This document shows positions 9,359 through 17,062 of a DNA stretch of 64,000 nucleotides, one piece after another. This DNA comes from an uncultured Eubacteriales bacterium. GTDB lineage: Bacteria; Acidobacteriota; Aminicenantia; Aminicenantales; Saccharicenantaceae. The notes beneath the pieces were generated by a model that ran no database searches, was not told where the DNA came from, and worked only from the letters and a program-made list of their open reading frames with translations. The DNA is taken from contig CAZNPB010000006.1 of the NCBI GenBank assembly GCA_964574895.1, positions 16,879 through 80,878 of the forward strand, written 5' to 3'. Numbering within the stretch: position 1 is the first letter of the stretch; each line of letters opens with the position of its first letter. A program made the position numbers and the translations under genes.

Positions 9359-9366
9359 TGTAGAAT
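9359..9366 (+). promoter_or_regulatory. extended -10 element TGtTAGAAT upstream of copB. SD GGAG at 9370-9373.
   Basis: TG-n-TAGAAT 16 nt upstream of the ATG at 9382. Confidence 0.3.
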
Positions 9367-9381
9367 GGGGGAGAGAGGGCG

Positions 9382-11505
9382 ATGGAACACCAAACGCATA
9401 AGGGGCGCGACGCGTCCCATGAAGGGATGTCTCACAAGGGAATGTCCCACGAGGGGATGTCCCACGAGGGCATGTCCCATGCCGGCGGGGGGCACGAGGG
9501 CCCAGGGCCCGCCGCCCGGCCGTCCGGCCTTCATGTCCATGGGGCCGGGGACTTCAGGAAGAGGTTCTGGATCTCGCTGGCCGCGACCATTCCCATCCTG
9601 GCCCTCTCTCCCGTTATCCAAGGCTTCCTGGGTCTCGAGAACGTCCTCGGCTTCCCCGGGGACCGCCTCGCGCTCTTCGTCCTTTCGTCCTTCGTCTTCT
9701 TCTACGGCGGCTATCCGTTCCTGAAGGGCTTCGCGGCCGAGCTCGAGTCCCGCCGGCCGGGCATGATGACCTTGATCGCGCTGGCCATCTCGACGGCCTA
9801 CGGCTATAGCGGCGCGGTCGTCTTCGGTCTGTCCGGCGAGGTCTTTTTCTGGGAGCTGGCCACGCTCGTCGACATCATGCTGCTCGGCCATTGGCTGGAG
9901 ACGCGTTCGGTGATGGGCGCCTCCCGGGCCCTGGAGGAAATGGCCCGGCTCATGCCGTCCGAGGCCCACCTGCTGGGGCCGGACGGATCCTCCCGCGACG
10001 TGCCCCTGCCGGAGCTCCGGGTCGGGGACCGGGTCCTGGTCAAGCCGGGCGAGAAGGTCCCCGCCGACGGAGAGGTGCTCGAGGGGGACAGCGCGGTCGA
10101 CGAGGCCATGCTCACGGGCGAATCCCGGCCCGTGCCCAAAGCCAAGGGGGCCGGGGTCATCGGCGGCTCCCTCAACGGCCAGGGGTCCCTCACCGTCGCG
10201 ATCAGGAAGACCGGCCGGGAGTCCTACCTGGCCCAGGTCATCGACCTCGTCCGGCAGGCGCAGGAGAGCCGGTCGAGGACCCAGGACCTTTCGAACCGGG
10301 CGGCCATGTGGCTGACGCTGGGGGCCGTCGGGGTCGGCTTGCTGACGCTCCTCGCCTGGCTCGTCTTCTCCGGGAAGGGCTTCGCCTTCGCGCTCGAACG
10401 GATGGTCACGGTCATGGTCATCGCCTGTCCGCACGCGCTCGGCTTGGCCGTGCCTCTCGTCGTCGCCATCTCGACCTCCATCGCGGCCCGCCACGGCCTC
10501 CTCATCAGGGACCGGGCCGCGTTCGAGCGGGCCCGGAACATCGGGGCCGTCATCTTCGACAAGACCGGGACCCTCACGGAAGGACGGTTCGGCGTGACGG
10601 ACACGCTGCTCTTCGGCGGGGGACCGGCCGGCCCGGACCTCCTGAGATACGCCGCTTCGATCGAGGCGCGCTCCGAGCATCCCCTGGCCAAGGCGATCGC
10701 CGCCGCGGGCGCAGGGGCGCTCTATCCCGTCGAGGGCTTCCGGGCCCTCCCGGGACAAGGCGCCGAGGGGCGCGTCGACGGCCGGGAGGTCAAGATCGTC
10801 AGCCCGGGGTATTTGAAAGAACGGGGCCTCGACCCCGGGGACGACCGGATAGACCGGCTCTCGGCCCAAGGCAAGACCGTCGTTTTCGTTCTCGTCGACG
10901 GGCGGCCCGCCGGGGCGCTGGCCCTGGCCGACGTCATCCGGCCGGAGTCGAAGCCGGCCGTGGCCCGGCTCAAGGGCCTGGGCATCCGCTGTCTGATGCT
11001 GACGGGGGACGACCGCCGCGTCGCCGCGTGGGTGGCCGGGGAGATCGGGCTCGACGATCATTTCGCGGAGGTCCTGCCGCGGGAAAAGGCCGAAAAGGTC
11101 AAGGAGGTCCAGGCCCGCGGGCTGGTCGTGGCCATGACCGGGGACGGCGTGAACGACGCGCCGGCCCTGGCCCAGGCCGACGTCGGCATCGCCATCGGCG
11201 CCGGCACGGACGTCGCGGTCGAGACCGCCGACATCGTCCTGGTCCGGAGCGATCCCCTCGATGTCGCGGCCGTCGTCGACCTGGCCCGGGCCACGTACCG
11301 GAAGATGGTCCAGAACCTGGCCTGGGCGACGGGCTACAACGCCTTCGCCATCCCGCTCGCGGCGGGCGTGCTCTACGGCTACGGGATCGTCCTGAGCCCG
11401 ACGCTGGGCGCGGTCCTCATGTCATTGAGCACCGTGATCGTGGCCGTCAACGCGCGCCTCCTCGGGACCGGGAAAGCGAAGCGCCCGACGACGACGCTTA
11501 GATAA
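9382..11505 (+). CDS. copB: copper-translocating P1B-type ATPase, CopB-like (His/Met-rich N-terminus, CPH motif)
   Basis: Transmembrane CPH motif (VIACPHALG), DKTGTLT phosphorylation site, GDGVNDAP hinge, TGES actuator. N-terminal (GMSHE)x4 metal-binding repeats. Confidence 0.9.
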   Translation: MEHQTHKGRDASHEGMSHKGMSHEGMSHEGMSHAGGGHEGPGPAARPSGLHVHGAGDFRKRFWISLAATIPILALSPVIQGFLGLENVLGFPGDRLALFVLSSFVFFYGGYPFLKGFAAELESRRPGMMTLIALAISTAYGYSGAVVFGLSGEVFFWELATLVDIMLLGHWLETRSVMGASRALEEMARLMPSEAHLLGPDGSSRDVPLPELRVGDRVLVKPGEKVPADGEVLEGDSAVDEAMLTGESRPVPKAKGAGVIGGSLNGQGSLTVAIRKTGRESYLAQVIDLVRQAQESRSRTQDLSNRAAMWLTLGAVGVGLLTLLAWLVFSGKGFAFALERMVTVMVIACPHALGLAVPLVVAISTSIAARHGLLIRDRAAFERARNIGAVIFDKTGTLTEGRFGVTDTLLFGGGPAGPDLLRYAASIEARSEHPLAKAIAAAGAGALYPVEGFRALPGQGAEGRVDGREVKIVSPGYLKERGLDPGDDRIDRLSAQGKTVVFVLVDGRPAGALALADVIRPESKPAVARLKGLGIRCLMLTGDDRRVAAWVAGEIGLDDHFAEVLPREKAEKVKEVQARGLVVAMTGDGVNDAPALAQADVGIAIGAGTDVAVETADIVLVRSDPLDVAAVVDLARATYRKMVQNLAWATGYNAFAIPLAAGVLYGYGIVLSPTLGAVLMSLSTVIVAVNARLLGTGKAKRPTTTLR
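9421..9486. repeat. four tandem 15-bp repeats encoding (E/K)GMSH(E/K/A): the His/Met-rich metal-binding tail of CopB
   Basis: gaagggatgtctcac / aagggaatgtcccac / gaggggatgtcccac / gagggcatgtcccat read directly. Confidence 0.8.
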
Positions 11506-11527
11506 GTCTCGACGGCCGGCCGGAGGG

Positions 11528-11917
11528 TCAGGGCTTGCCGGAGATGATGAACCGGGTCCGGAAGGACCCCGACTTGTAGCCGGGATGGAAGGGATCGTCG
11601 GCGATCCCGAATCCCGCCTCGAGCCGGGCCCGGAGCTTGGCGATGTTCTTTTTGAACGGGGCGCCCTCTTTCTCGTCCAGCTCATCGTTGGAGAGGTCCC
11701 CGTTCACCGAGGCCAGGTACTTCAGGAGGCCCCAGAGCGGGTCGGGCTTGCCGGTCTTCGGGTCGGCGAAGCCGAGCTCCTTGTAGGTTTTCAGACCGAC
11801 GGCCCGGCCCCCGGCCCGGATATCCACGGCCTCGCCGCTGATGAAGCGGATGATGACGCTGTCCCAGGTGGCGTTCGCGAAAAGCGGGGTTTCCGGCACG
11901 ACCTTGGGTTTAGGCAT
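11528..11917 (-). CDS. hypothetical protein (129 aa), convergent with copB
   Basis: Intact ORF with plausible composition. No motif recognised. Confidence 0.5.
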   Translation of the reverse strand: MPKPKVVPETPLFANATWDSVIIRFISGEAVDIRAGGRAVGLKTYKELGFADPKTGKPDPLWGLLKYLASVNGDLSNDELDEKEGAPFKKNIAKLRARLEAGFGIADDPFHPGYKSGSFRTRFIISGKP

Positions 11918-11996
11918 TTATTGAACGTGGCCGCCGAGCCGAGCCGGCTCGCCGGCCGACCTCCATTATACGACAAGTCGGGGGAAAAACGGCGAA

Positions 11997-13988
11997 TTAT
12001 CTTGTCGCCGGCCGCCCCGGACGGCCCATCATGGCGATGAAGGCCTCGATCCGGAGCCGGAGCTGCTGGCTGTCCGAGGGCGAATAGTCGGTGACGATCT
12101 TGAGATAGGGCAGGCCGTGCCGGGCGTCCACGCGGCGCTTGACCGAGGCGGATTCGACGTCGTAGGTCAGGCAGGCGTGCCAGACCAGGTCGATGACGCC
12201 GCCGGGGCGGAACTCCTCGATCAGGCGGTCGATCGTCTCCAGCCGCCGCGTGTTCGGGGTCATGCAGGAGCAGGGCAGATGGTAGTATTTGCGGGCCATC
12301 GCCTCGAGCGGGTCTCCCGTTTCGGCGACGTCTTCGAGGAGCGGCTTGAGCCCGGTGCAGGTTTCCTGGGCCACGACCGTGGCTCCGGCGGCCTCGATGA
12401 CGTCCAGGACCTTCTCCGCGCCATGGGGCGCCGGGACGCCGGTCAGGAGGACCGTCGGACGCCCGTCGGAAGCGGCGGTCAAGCCCCGGGCCTGATCGAT
12501 GATCCGCTGGTAGGCGGCCAGGTCCTCGGGGATGCCGGAGATCAGGCTCTTGGCGTCCAGGACCTCGCGGCCCGTCAAGCCGCGGCCGGCCAGCCGGGCG
12601 ACGGCGCGCCGCAAGGCCCGTTCGCGGTTCATCAGCCGGATGGCGGCCCGCAGCCGGTCGTCGGTGATGGCCGTCCCGGTCAGCTCTTCCAGGCGCTCCT
12701 TGAGCTTGACGATCTCCGCCTTCCAGCGGAGGAAGCCGCCTTCGTCGTCGGGCTTTTGGGGCAGCTCCAGGACGAGCATGGGCTTGAGCTCCTGGATCCG
12801 CTCGAACATCTTCTTCTTGCCGTCGCAGGTCGTCTCCGCGACGACGAGGTCGCTCATCTCGAAGATCGGGTTGGCCCGTTCCAGGGCGAAGCCGTAGCTC
12901 GATTTGATCAGGGGGCAGAGGTTGGCGGGCAGCTCCCGCTCCCCGGCCAGGGCCATCTCGTGGCTGCCGCCGCAGGCGCAGACGGGGACGGCGTCCGCCG
13001 CCAGGATAAGCTCGCGGGGGGTGAATTCGCAGAACATCGAGACGATCTTGCGGCCCTTGGCCTTTTCCCTCTCGGCGTAGGCGATGGCGTGGGAGACCAT
13101 CTCGTCGAAACGGGCCAGGGCCGGCACTCCGTGGACGACGGCGCTCTCCGCGCCGGCCCGGTCCGCGCCCTCGCCGACGGGCTCCCGGACGGCGCTCGCG
13201 GAACGCCCGACGCCTCCGGCGGCGACGAGCGCCGCTCCCAACGCGCCGGTGACGCGGGGATCGGGCGGGAGGACCAGCCGTTCCCCGAGCTCCCGGGACA
13301 GGGCGGCGACCATGGCCCGGTTCAAGGCCACGCCGCCCGTGAAGGCGAGCGGCGGCCGCGGGCCCAGCGAACGCGCCAGCCCCGCGATGCGGCGGGCGAT
13401 GGCCCGGTGGATCCCGGCCGCGACGTCCTCCCGGCGGAGGCCCCGGGCCAGCAGGCCGATCATCTCCGACTCGGCGAAAACGACGCACATCGAGCCGATC
13501 TCGGACTCGGCGGCGCTCCGCTCGGCCAATCCCGCCAGGCCGTCGAGGTCGGTGGCCAGGATCCGGGCCGCGACTTCGAGGAACCGGCCGCTGCCGGCGG
13601 CGCAGCGGTCGTTCATGGCGAAGTCCCGGACGCGGCCGTCGCCGGTGAGCAGGATGGCTTTGCTATCCTGGCCGCCGATCTCGAGGACGGTCCGCGCTTC
13701 GGGGAGAAGGGCGGCCACGCCGGCGCCCTGGCAGGCGATCTCGGTCGCGGTCTCGTCGGCGAATCCGGCCTGGACGCGGCCGTAGCCGGTGGCGACGATC
13801 CTGGCGATATCGGAGCGGCGGGCCGCCCCGGCCTCGAGGACGGCGCGGAGAAGCGCGTCGGCGTCGGCCAGCCGGTCCGTGCCGGCGTCGCGCACCGCGG
13901 CGGCGACGATCCGGGAACGGGACGTGTCCCAGAGGACGGCTTTGACCGCCCGGCTGCCGAGGTCCAGTCCCAGTGTCAGGTCAGGCAT
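11997..13988 (-). CDS. fusion of a BadF/BadG/BcrA/BcrD-type ATPase (HgdC-like activator, N-term) with a 2-hydroxyacyl-CoA dehydratase HgdB/D-like domain (C-term)
   Basis: N-terminal acetate/sugar-kinase fold with the NDRCAAGSGRFLE [4Fe-4S]-bridging motif. C-terminal Cys-containing dehydratase-like domain (…MFCEFTP…VPVCACGGSHE…TTCDGKKK…). 663 aa. Confidence 0.75.
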   Translation of the reverse strand: MPDLTLGLDLGSRAVKAVLWDTSRSRIVAAAVRDAGTDRLADADALLRAVLEAGAARRSDIARIVATGYGRVQAGFADETATEIACQGAGVAALLPEARTVLEIGGQDSKAILLTGDGRVRDFAMNDRCAAGSGRFLEVAARILATDLDGLAGLAERSAAESEIGSMCVVFAESEMIGLLARGLRREDVAAGIHRAIARRIAGLARSLGPRPPLAFTGGVALNRAMVAALSRELGERLVLPPDPRVTGALGAALVAAGGVGRSASAVREPVGEGADRAGAESAVVHGVPALARFDEMVSHAIAYAEREKAKGRKIVSMFCEFTPRELILAADAVPVCACGGSHEMALAGERELPANLCPLIKSSYGFALERANPIFEMSDLVVAETTCDGKKKMFERIQELKPMLVLELPQKPDDEGGFLRWKAEIVKLKERLEELTGTAITDDRLRAAIRLMNRERALRRAVARLAGRGLTGREVLDAKSLISGIPEDLAAYQRIIDQARGLTAASDGRPTVLLTGVPAPHGAEKVLDVIEAAGATVVAQETCTGLKPLLEDVAETGDPLEAMARKYYHLPCSCMTPNTRRLETIDRLIEEFRPGGVIDLVWHACLTYDVESASVKRRVDARHGLPYLKIVTDYSPSDSQQLRLRIEAFIAMMGRPGRPATR

Positions 13989-14104
13989 TGACCCGCTTTT
14001 CTACCACAATGCCGCCGCCTATTCAAACCGTTTTCCGGGTTCGGGGCGGCGCGGGCCTTATCCTTGTCGATCCCCGTGGCGGGGGAGGGCCGCGAGAACC
14101 AGCG

Positions 14105-14731
14105 TTACCCCCGGTTCCCCCAGGAGTCGATGTGCAGACGCTCGTCGAGCTTCTCCGGGTCCGAGGCGTCCGGCGCCTGCCTCGGGAATCCGAAGGGAAC
14201 AATCGCCGCGATCTGGTGGTCCGGCGGCACGGCCAGGGCGTCCTTCAAGCCGACGGCGTCATAAGGCGTGTAGGTGCAGCCGAACAGGCCCTCGGCCGCC
14301 AAGGCCAGCATGACGTTCTCCACGCACATCCAGACCGACGCCAGCGGATTCAGATCGAAGAGGGTTCGGCAGTCGGCGAGCGGCTTCATCTTGTAGCAGA
14401 CGACCAGGACCTCGGGGGCCTCGAGCATCATGCTCCGTTGAAGGGGGAGTGCGCGCCTGTAGACCCGGCGCAGCTCCTCGTCGGCGAAGCGAGAGACGAA
14501 GGCCTCGATTTCCGCCTTGTCCTTCATGTCCCTGGCCTCAAGCCCCTCCGTGACGACGCGGGTCCTTTGAGCCCGGTCCCGCAGCAGGATGAACTGCCAG
14601 CTTTTGAGGTGGGCATTGCAGGGCGCGCGCAACCCGGCCTCCAGCGCCCGCCGCACGGCTTCCCGAGGGACCGGCCTGGGCTCGAACTCGCGCACCGTCC
14701 GCCGTCGGGCGACAACTTCCGCGAAATCCAT
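14105..14731 (-). CDS. nitroreductase-family protein
   Basis: RRTVREF N-terminal signature of the NADH oxidase/nitroreductase fold. GGAGG SD upstream. Confidence 0.75.
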   Translation of the reverse strand: MDFAEVVARRRTVREFEPRPVPREAVRRALEAGLRAPCNAHLKSWQFILLRDRAQRTRVVTEGLEARDMKDKAEIEAFVSRFADEELRRVYRRALPLQRSMMLEAPEVLVVCYKMKPLADCRTLFDLNPLASVWMCVENVMLALAAEGLFGCTYTPYDAVGLKDALAVPPDHQIAAIVPFGFPRQAPDASDPEKLDERLHIDSWGNRG

Positions 14732-14852
14732 CTTTTCCTCCCTATCGGGGACGCAGCGCGTCGGTCACGAGATCCAAGGTCAGTCCGGCGAACGCGTCGG
14801 GGTCGGGCCCGAAGGTCCCCGCCAGGGCCGCGTCCCAAATTGGAGAAGAGCT

Positions 14853-14887
14853 AAAAAAAAGGGGGGCGGCTGGATCAGCCGCCCCCC
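14853..14887 (-). terminator. intrinsic terminator of the RRM gene (12-bp perfect stem GGGGGGCGGCTG/CAGCCGCCCCCC, 3-nt loop, then U8 on the minus strand)
   Basis: Read directly: aaaaaaaa ggggggcggctg gat cagccgcccccc. Confidence 0.7.
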
Positions 14888-14924
14888 TCGTGGTGCCTGA
14901 ATCGTGACCCGGATGAGTCGCGGG

Positions 14925-15215
14925 TCAGTAGCGCCGGTTGCCGCCGAAGCCGCCGCCGGACCGCGGAGAGTCCGTCTTGGGCTTGGCTTCGTTGACCTTG
15001 AGGGCCCGGCCCTTGAGGTCCTTGCCGTTCATCATGGAGATGGCCTTGGTGGCCTCTTCGTGGTTCGCCATCTCGACGAATCCGAAGCCGCGGGATTCCC
15101 CGCTGAACTTGTCCTTGATGACGGCCGTCTTGTCGACTTGCCCGAACGCCTGAAAGGCCTCTCTCAGGTCGCTCTCGGTGGCCGTGTTGGCCAGGTTGCC
15201 CACGTAGATATTCAT
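14925..15215 (-). CDS. RRM-type glycine-rich RNA-binding protein
   Basis: RNP2 IYVGNL and RNP1 RGFGFVEM, Gly/Arg-rich tail. AAGGAGA SD. 96 aa. Confidence 0.85.
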   Translation of the reverse strand: MNIYVGNLANTATESDLREAFQAFGQVDKTAVIKDKFSGESRGFGFVEMANHEEATKAISMMNGKDLKGRALKVNEAKPKTDSPRSGGGFGGNRRY

Positions 15216-15354
15216 TCTCGTCTCCTTTCGACGATGGAAAGACTCTCCCGAGCCTTCCCGTTCAATAAAGATGCCGGAACGTCATAAAGGAGAGGAGGAT
15301 TTGACCGATCAGGGCCTCTGGCCCCTTCCTTTTTGCTGTTCAGGTGCAGAAAGC

Positions 15355-15360
15355 ATTATA
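15355..15360 (-). promoter_or_regulatory. -10 box TATAAT (minus strand) ~140 nt upstream of the RRM start, implying a long 5' UTR
   Basis: Revcomp of cattata at 15354-15360. UTR contains a GGGCCagaGGCCC hairpin. Confidence 0.3.
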
Positions 15361-15459
15361 CCACGAGCCCGATAATTCCGCCCGGAACGGCGCCGGCCGG
15401 GCCGGGCAAGCCGTTGATTCCGTTGACTTGGCGGAATTAAAAAAATCCCGTCGCGGGGG

Positions 15460-16869
15460 TCAGGCGGCTTCCAGGGCGGGCATCAGCGTCATGATCGAAT
15501 CGAGCTCGGCGCGCAGCTCCCTGAGCCGCGTTTTGACCTGAAGATATTCGGTCCGGATCTGGATGCATCTCTCGCGGATCCGGGCCGCCTCCTCCGAGTA
15601 TCTCGCTTCGTTCTCGTCCGCCAGCCGGCGCCAGCCGGCCCGCAGCCGCTGCCGCGCGCCGTCGAGGGTCGCTTCGTATTCGCCCCTGAGCGCCCGCAGG
15701 GCGTCCGCCCGCCTGGCGACCTCGGCCTTGAGCGCGCCGGCCAGGCTGGCCAGGGCGAAGCCCCGCTTGAGCCCGGCGACGAGCTCCCTGACCGGCACGA
15801 CGGCCTCCACCCGGTGGGCGTTGGCGCCGCAGAAGACGAAGCCGTTCTCGAAGTTCCCCTTGCGGGCGCTGTCGAGCGCCTCGGAGATGCAGTAGCGGGC
15901 CTGGCCGGCCTCGCAGCTCTCGAGACAGCGCGACGGGCAGCGGAAAAGCTTCCGCTCGCCGCGGGCGACGGCTTCCAGGAACGGGCCGCGGATGGCCCGG
16001 CCGGGCATCCCGACGGGGCTCCGGATGATGAGGATATCCTGCTCCCGGCAGTCCACGTAGGCCTGCTTGAAGCGGCGGTCGGCGTCGCATTCGTCGGTGG
16101 CCACGAACCGGGTGGCCATCTGGACCCCCTGGGCCCCGAGCTTCAGAAAGCGGTAGATGTCCTCGCCGCTGAAGATACCGCCGGCGGCGATGACGGGCAG
16201 AGGCCGGGCCCAGCGGGTCCGGAACTCTGCGAGGGCCTCGACGACCTCGGGCACGAGGCGCTCGAGCCGGAAGGCGGGATCGTCGATCTGCTCCGGCTTG
16301 AATCCGAGGTGGCCGCCCGCCCGGGGGCCTTCGACGACGACGCCGTCGGGGATGTCGTCGTAGTGCTTTTCCCAGGCCTTGAAGATGAGCCGGGCGGCCC
16401 GGCCCGAGCTGACGATCGGCACCACCTGGACCCCGGCGTCGCGGATGGCCCGGACGGGGATGCCCTTGATCGGCAGGCCGGCCCCGAGGAAGAGGACGTC
16501 CGCCTTTTCCTCGACGGCGGTCTCGAGCAGGCGGTGGAAGCAATCGACCGCGACCATGATGTTGACGCCGATGAGACCGGCGGAATTACGGCGCGCGGCG
16601 CGAATCTCCCGGCGCAGGGCCCGGACGTTGGCGGCCGGGGGATCGTCGTAGTAATCGGGCTCGGTCATGCCGATGGCGTTAGCGGCGATGACGCCGATGC
16701 CGCCCTCGCGGGCCACCGCCGCGGCCAAGTTGGCGAGCGAGATGCCGACCCCCATGCCGCCCTGGACGATGGCCAGCGGCGCTTGCTTGGTCCCGATCCG
16801 CAGACCGGGCAGGGGATATCGGGAAGCGAGATGCTCCTTGAGGTCGGCCAGCTTCGATTCGATCGTCAT
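15460..16869 (-). CDS. nitronate monooxygenase / FabK-like FMN oxidoreductase with a ~190-aa C-terminal coiled-coil extension
   Basis: NMO/2-nitropropane-dioxygenase motifs (GGMGVGIS…, …IAAGGIFSGEDI…). C-terminal heptad-rich Arg/Glu/Leu segment. AAGGA SD at the internal ATG 16869. Confidence 0.7.
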   Translation of the reverse strand: MTIESKLADLKEHLASRYPLPGLRIGTKQAPLAIVQGGMGVGISLANLAAAVAREGGIGVIAANAIGMTEPDYYDDPPAANVRALRREIRAARRNSAGLIGVNIMVAVDCFHRLLETAVEEKADVLFLGAGLPIKGIPVRAIRDAGVQVVPIVSSGRAARLIFKAWEKHYDDIPDGVVVEGPRAGGHLGFKPEQIDDPAFRLERLVPEVVEALAEFRTRWARPLPVIAAGGIFSGEDIYRFLKLGAQGVQMATRFVATDECDADRRFKQAYVDCREQDILIIRSPVGMPGRAIRGPFLEAVARGERKLFRCPSRCLESCEAGQARYCISEALDSARKGNFENGFVFCGANAHRVEAVVPVRELVAGLKRGFALASLAGALKAEVARRADALRALRGEYEATLDGARQRLRAGWRRLADENEARYSEEAARIRERCIQIRTEYLQVKTRLRELRAELDSIMTLMPALEAA

Positions 16870-17062
16870 CGGCACATCCTTAGGGGTCCTTAGATCGGCG
16901 ACCAGGCGAGAGAGGCGCGTGAGGCCGAAGGTCATGATAGGCCTTTCCCTCCCGGGGGTCAAACGCGCCGCCAATAAAGCAACCTTATGGTCCGGAGGAC
17001 CGTCTTCCCCATTGACGTCCTCTCGGGCGCCGCGGCCCTCAAGCTCGGATCGGAGGTCCTCG

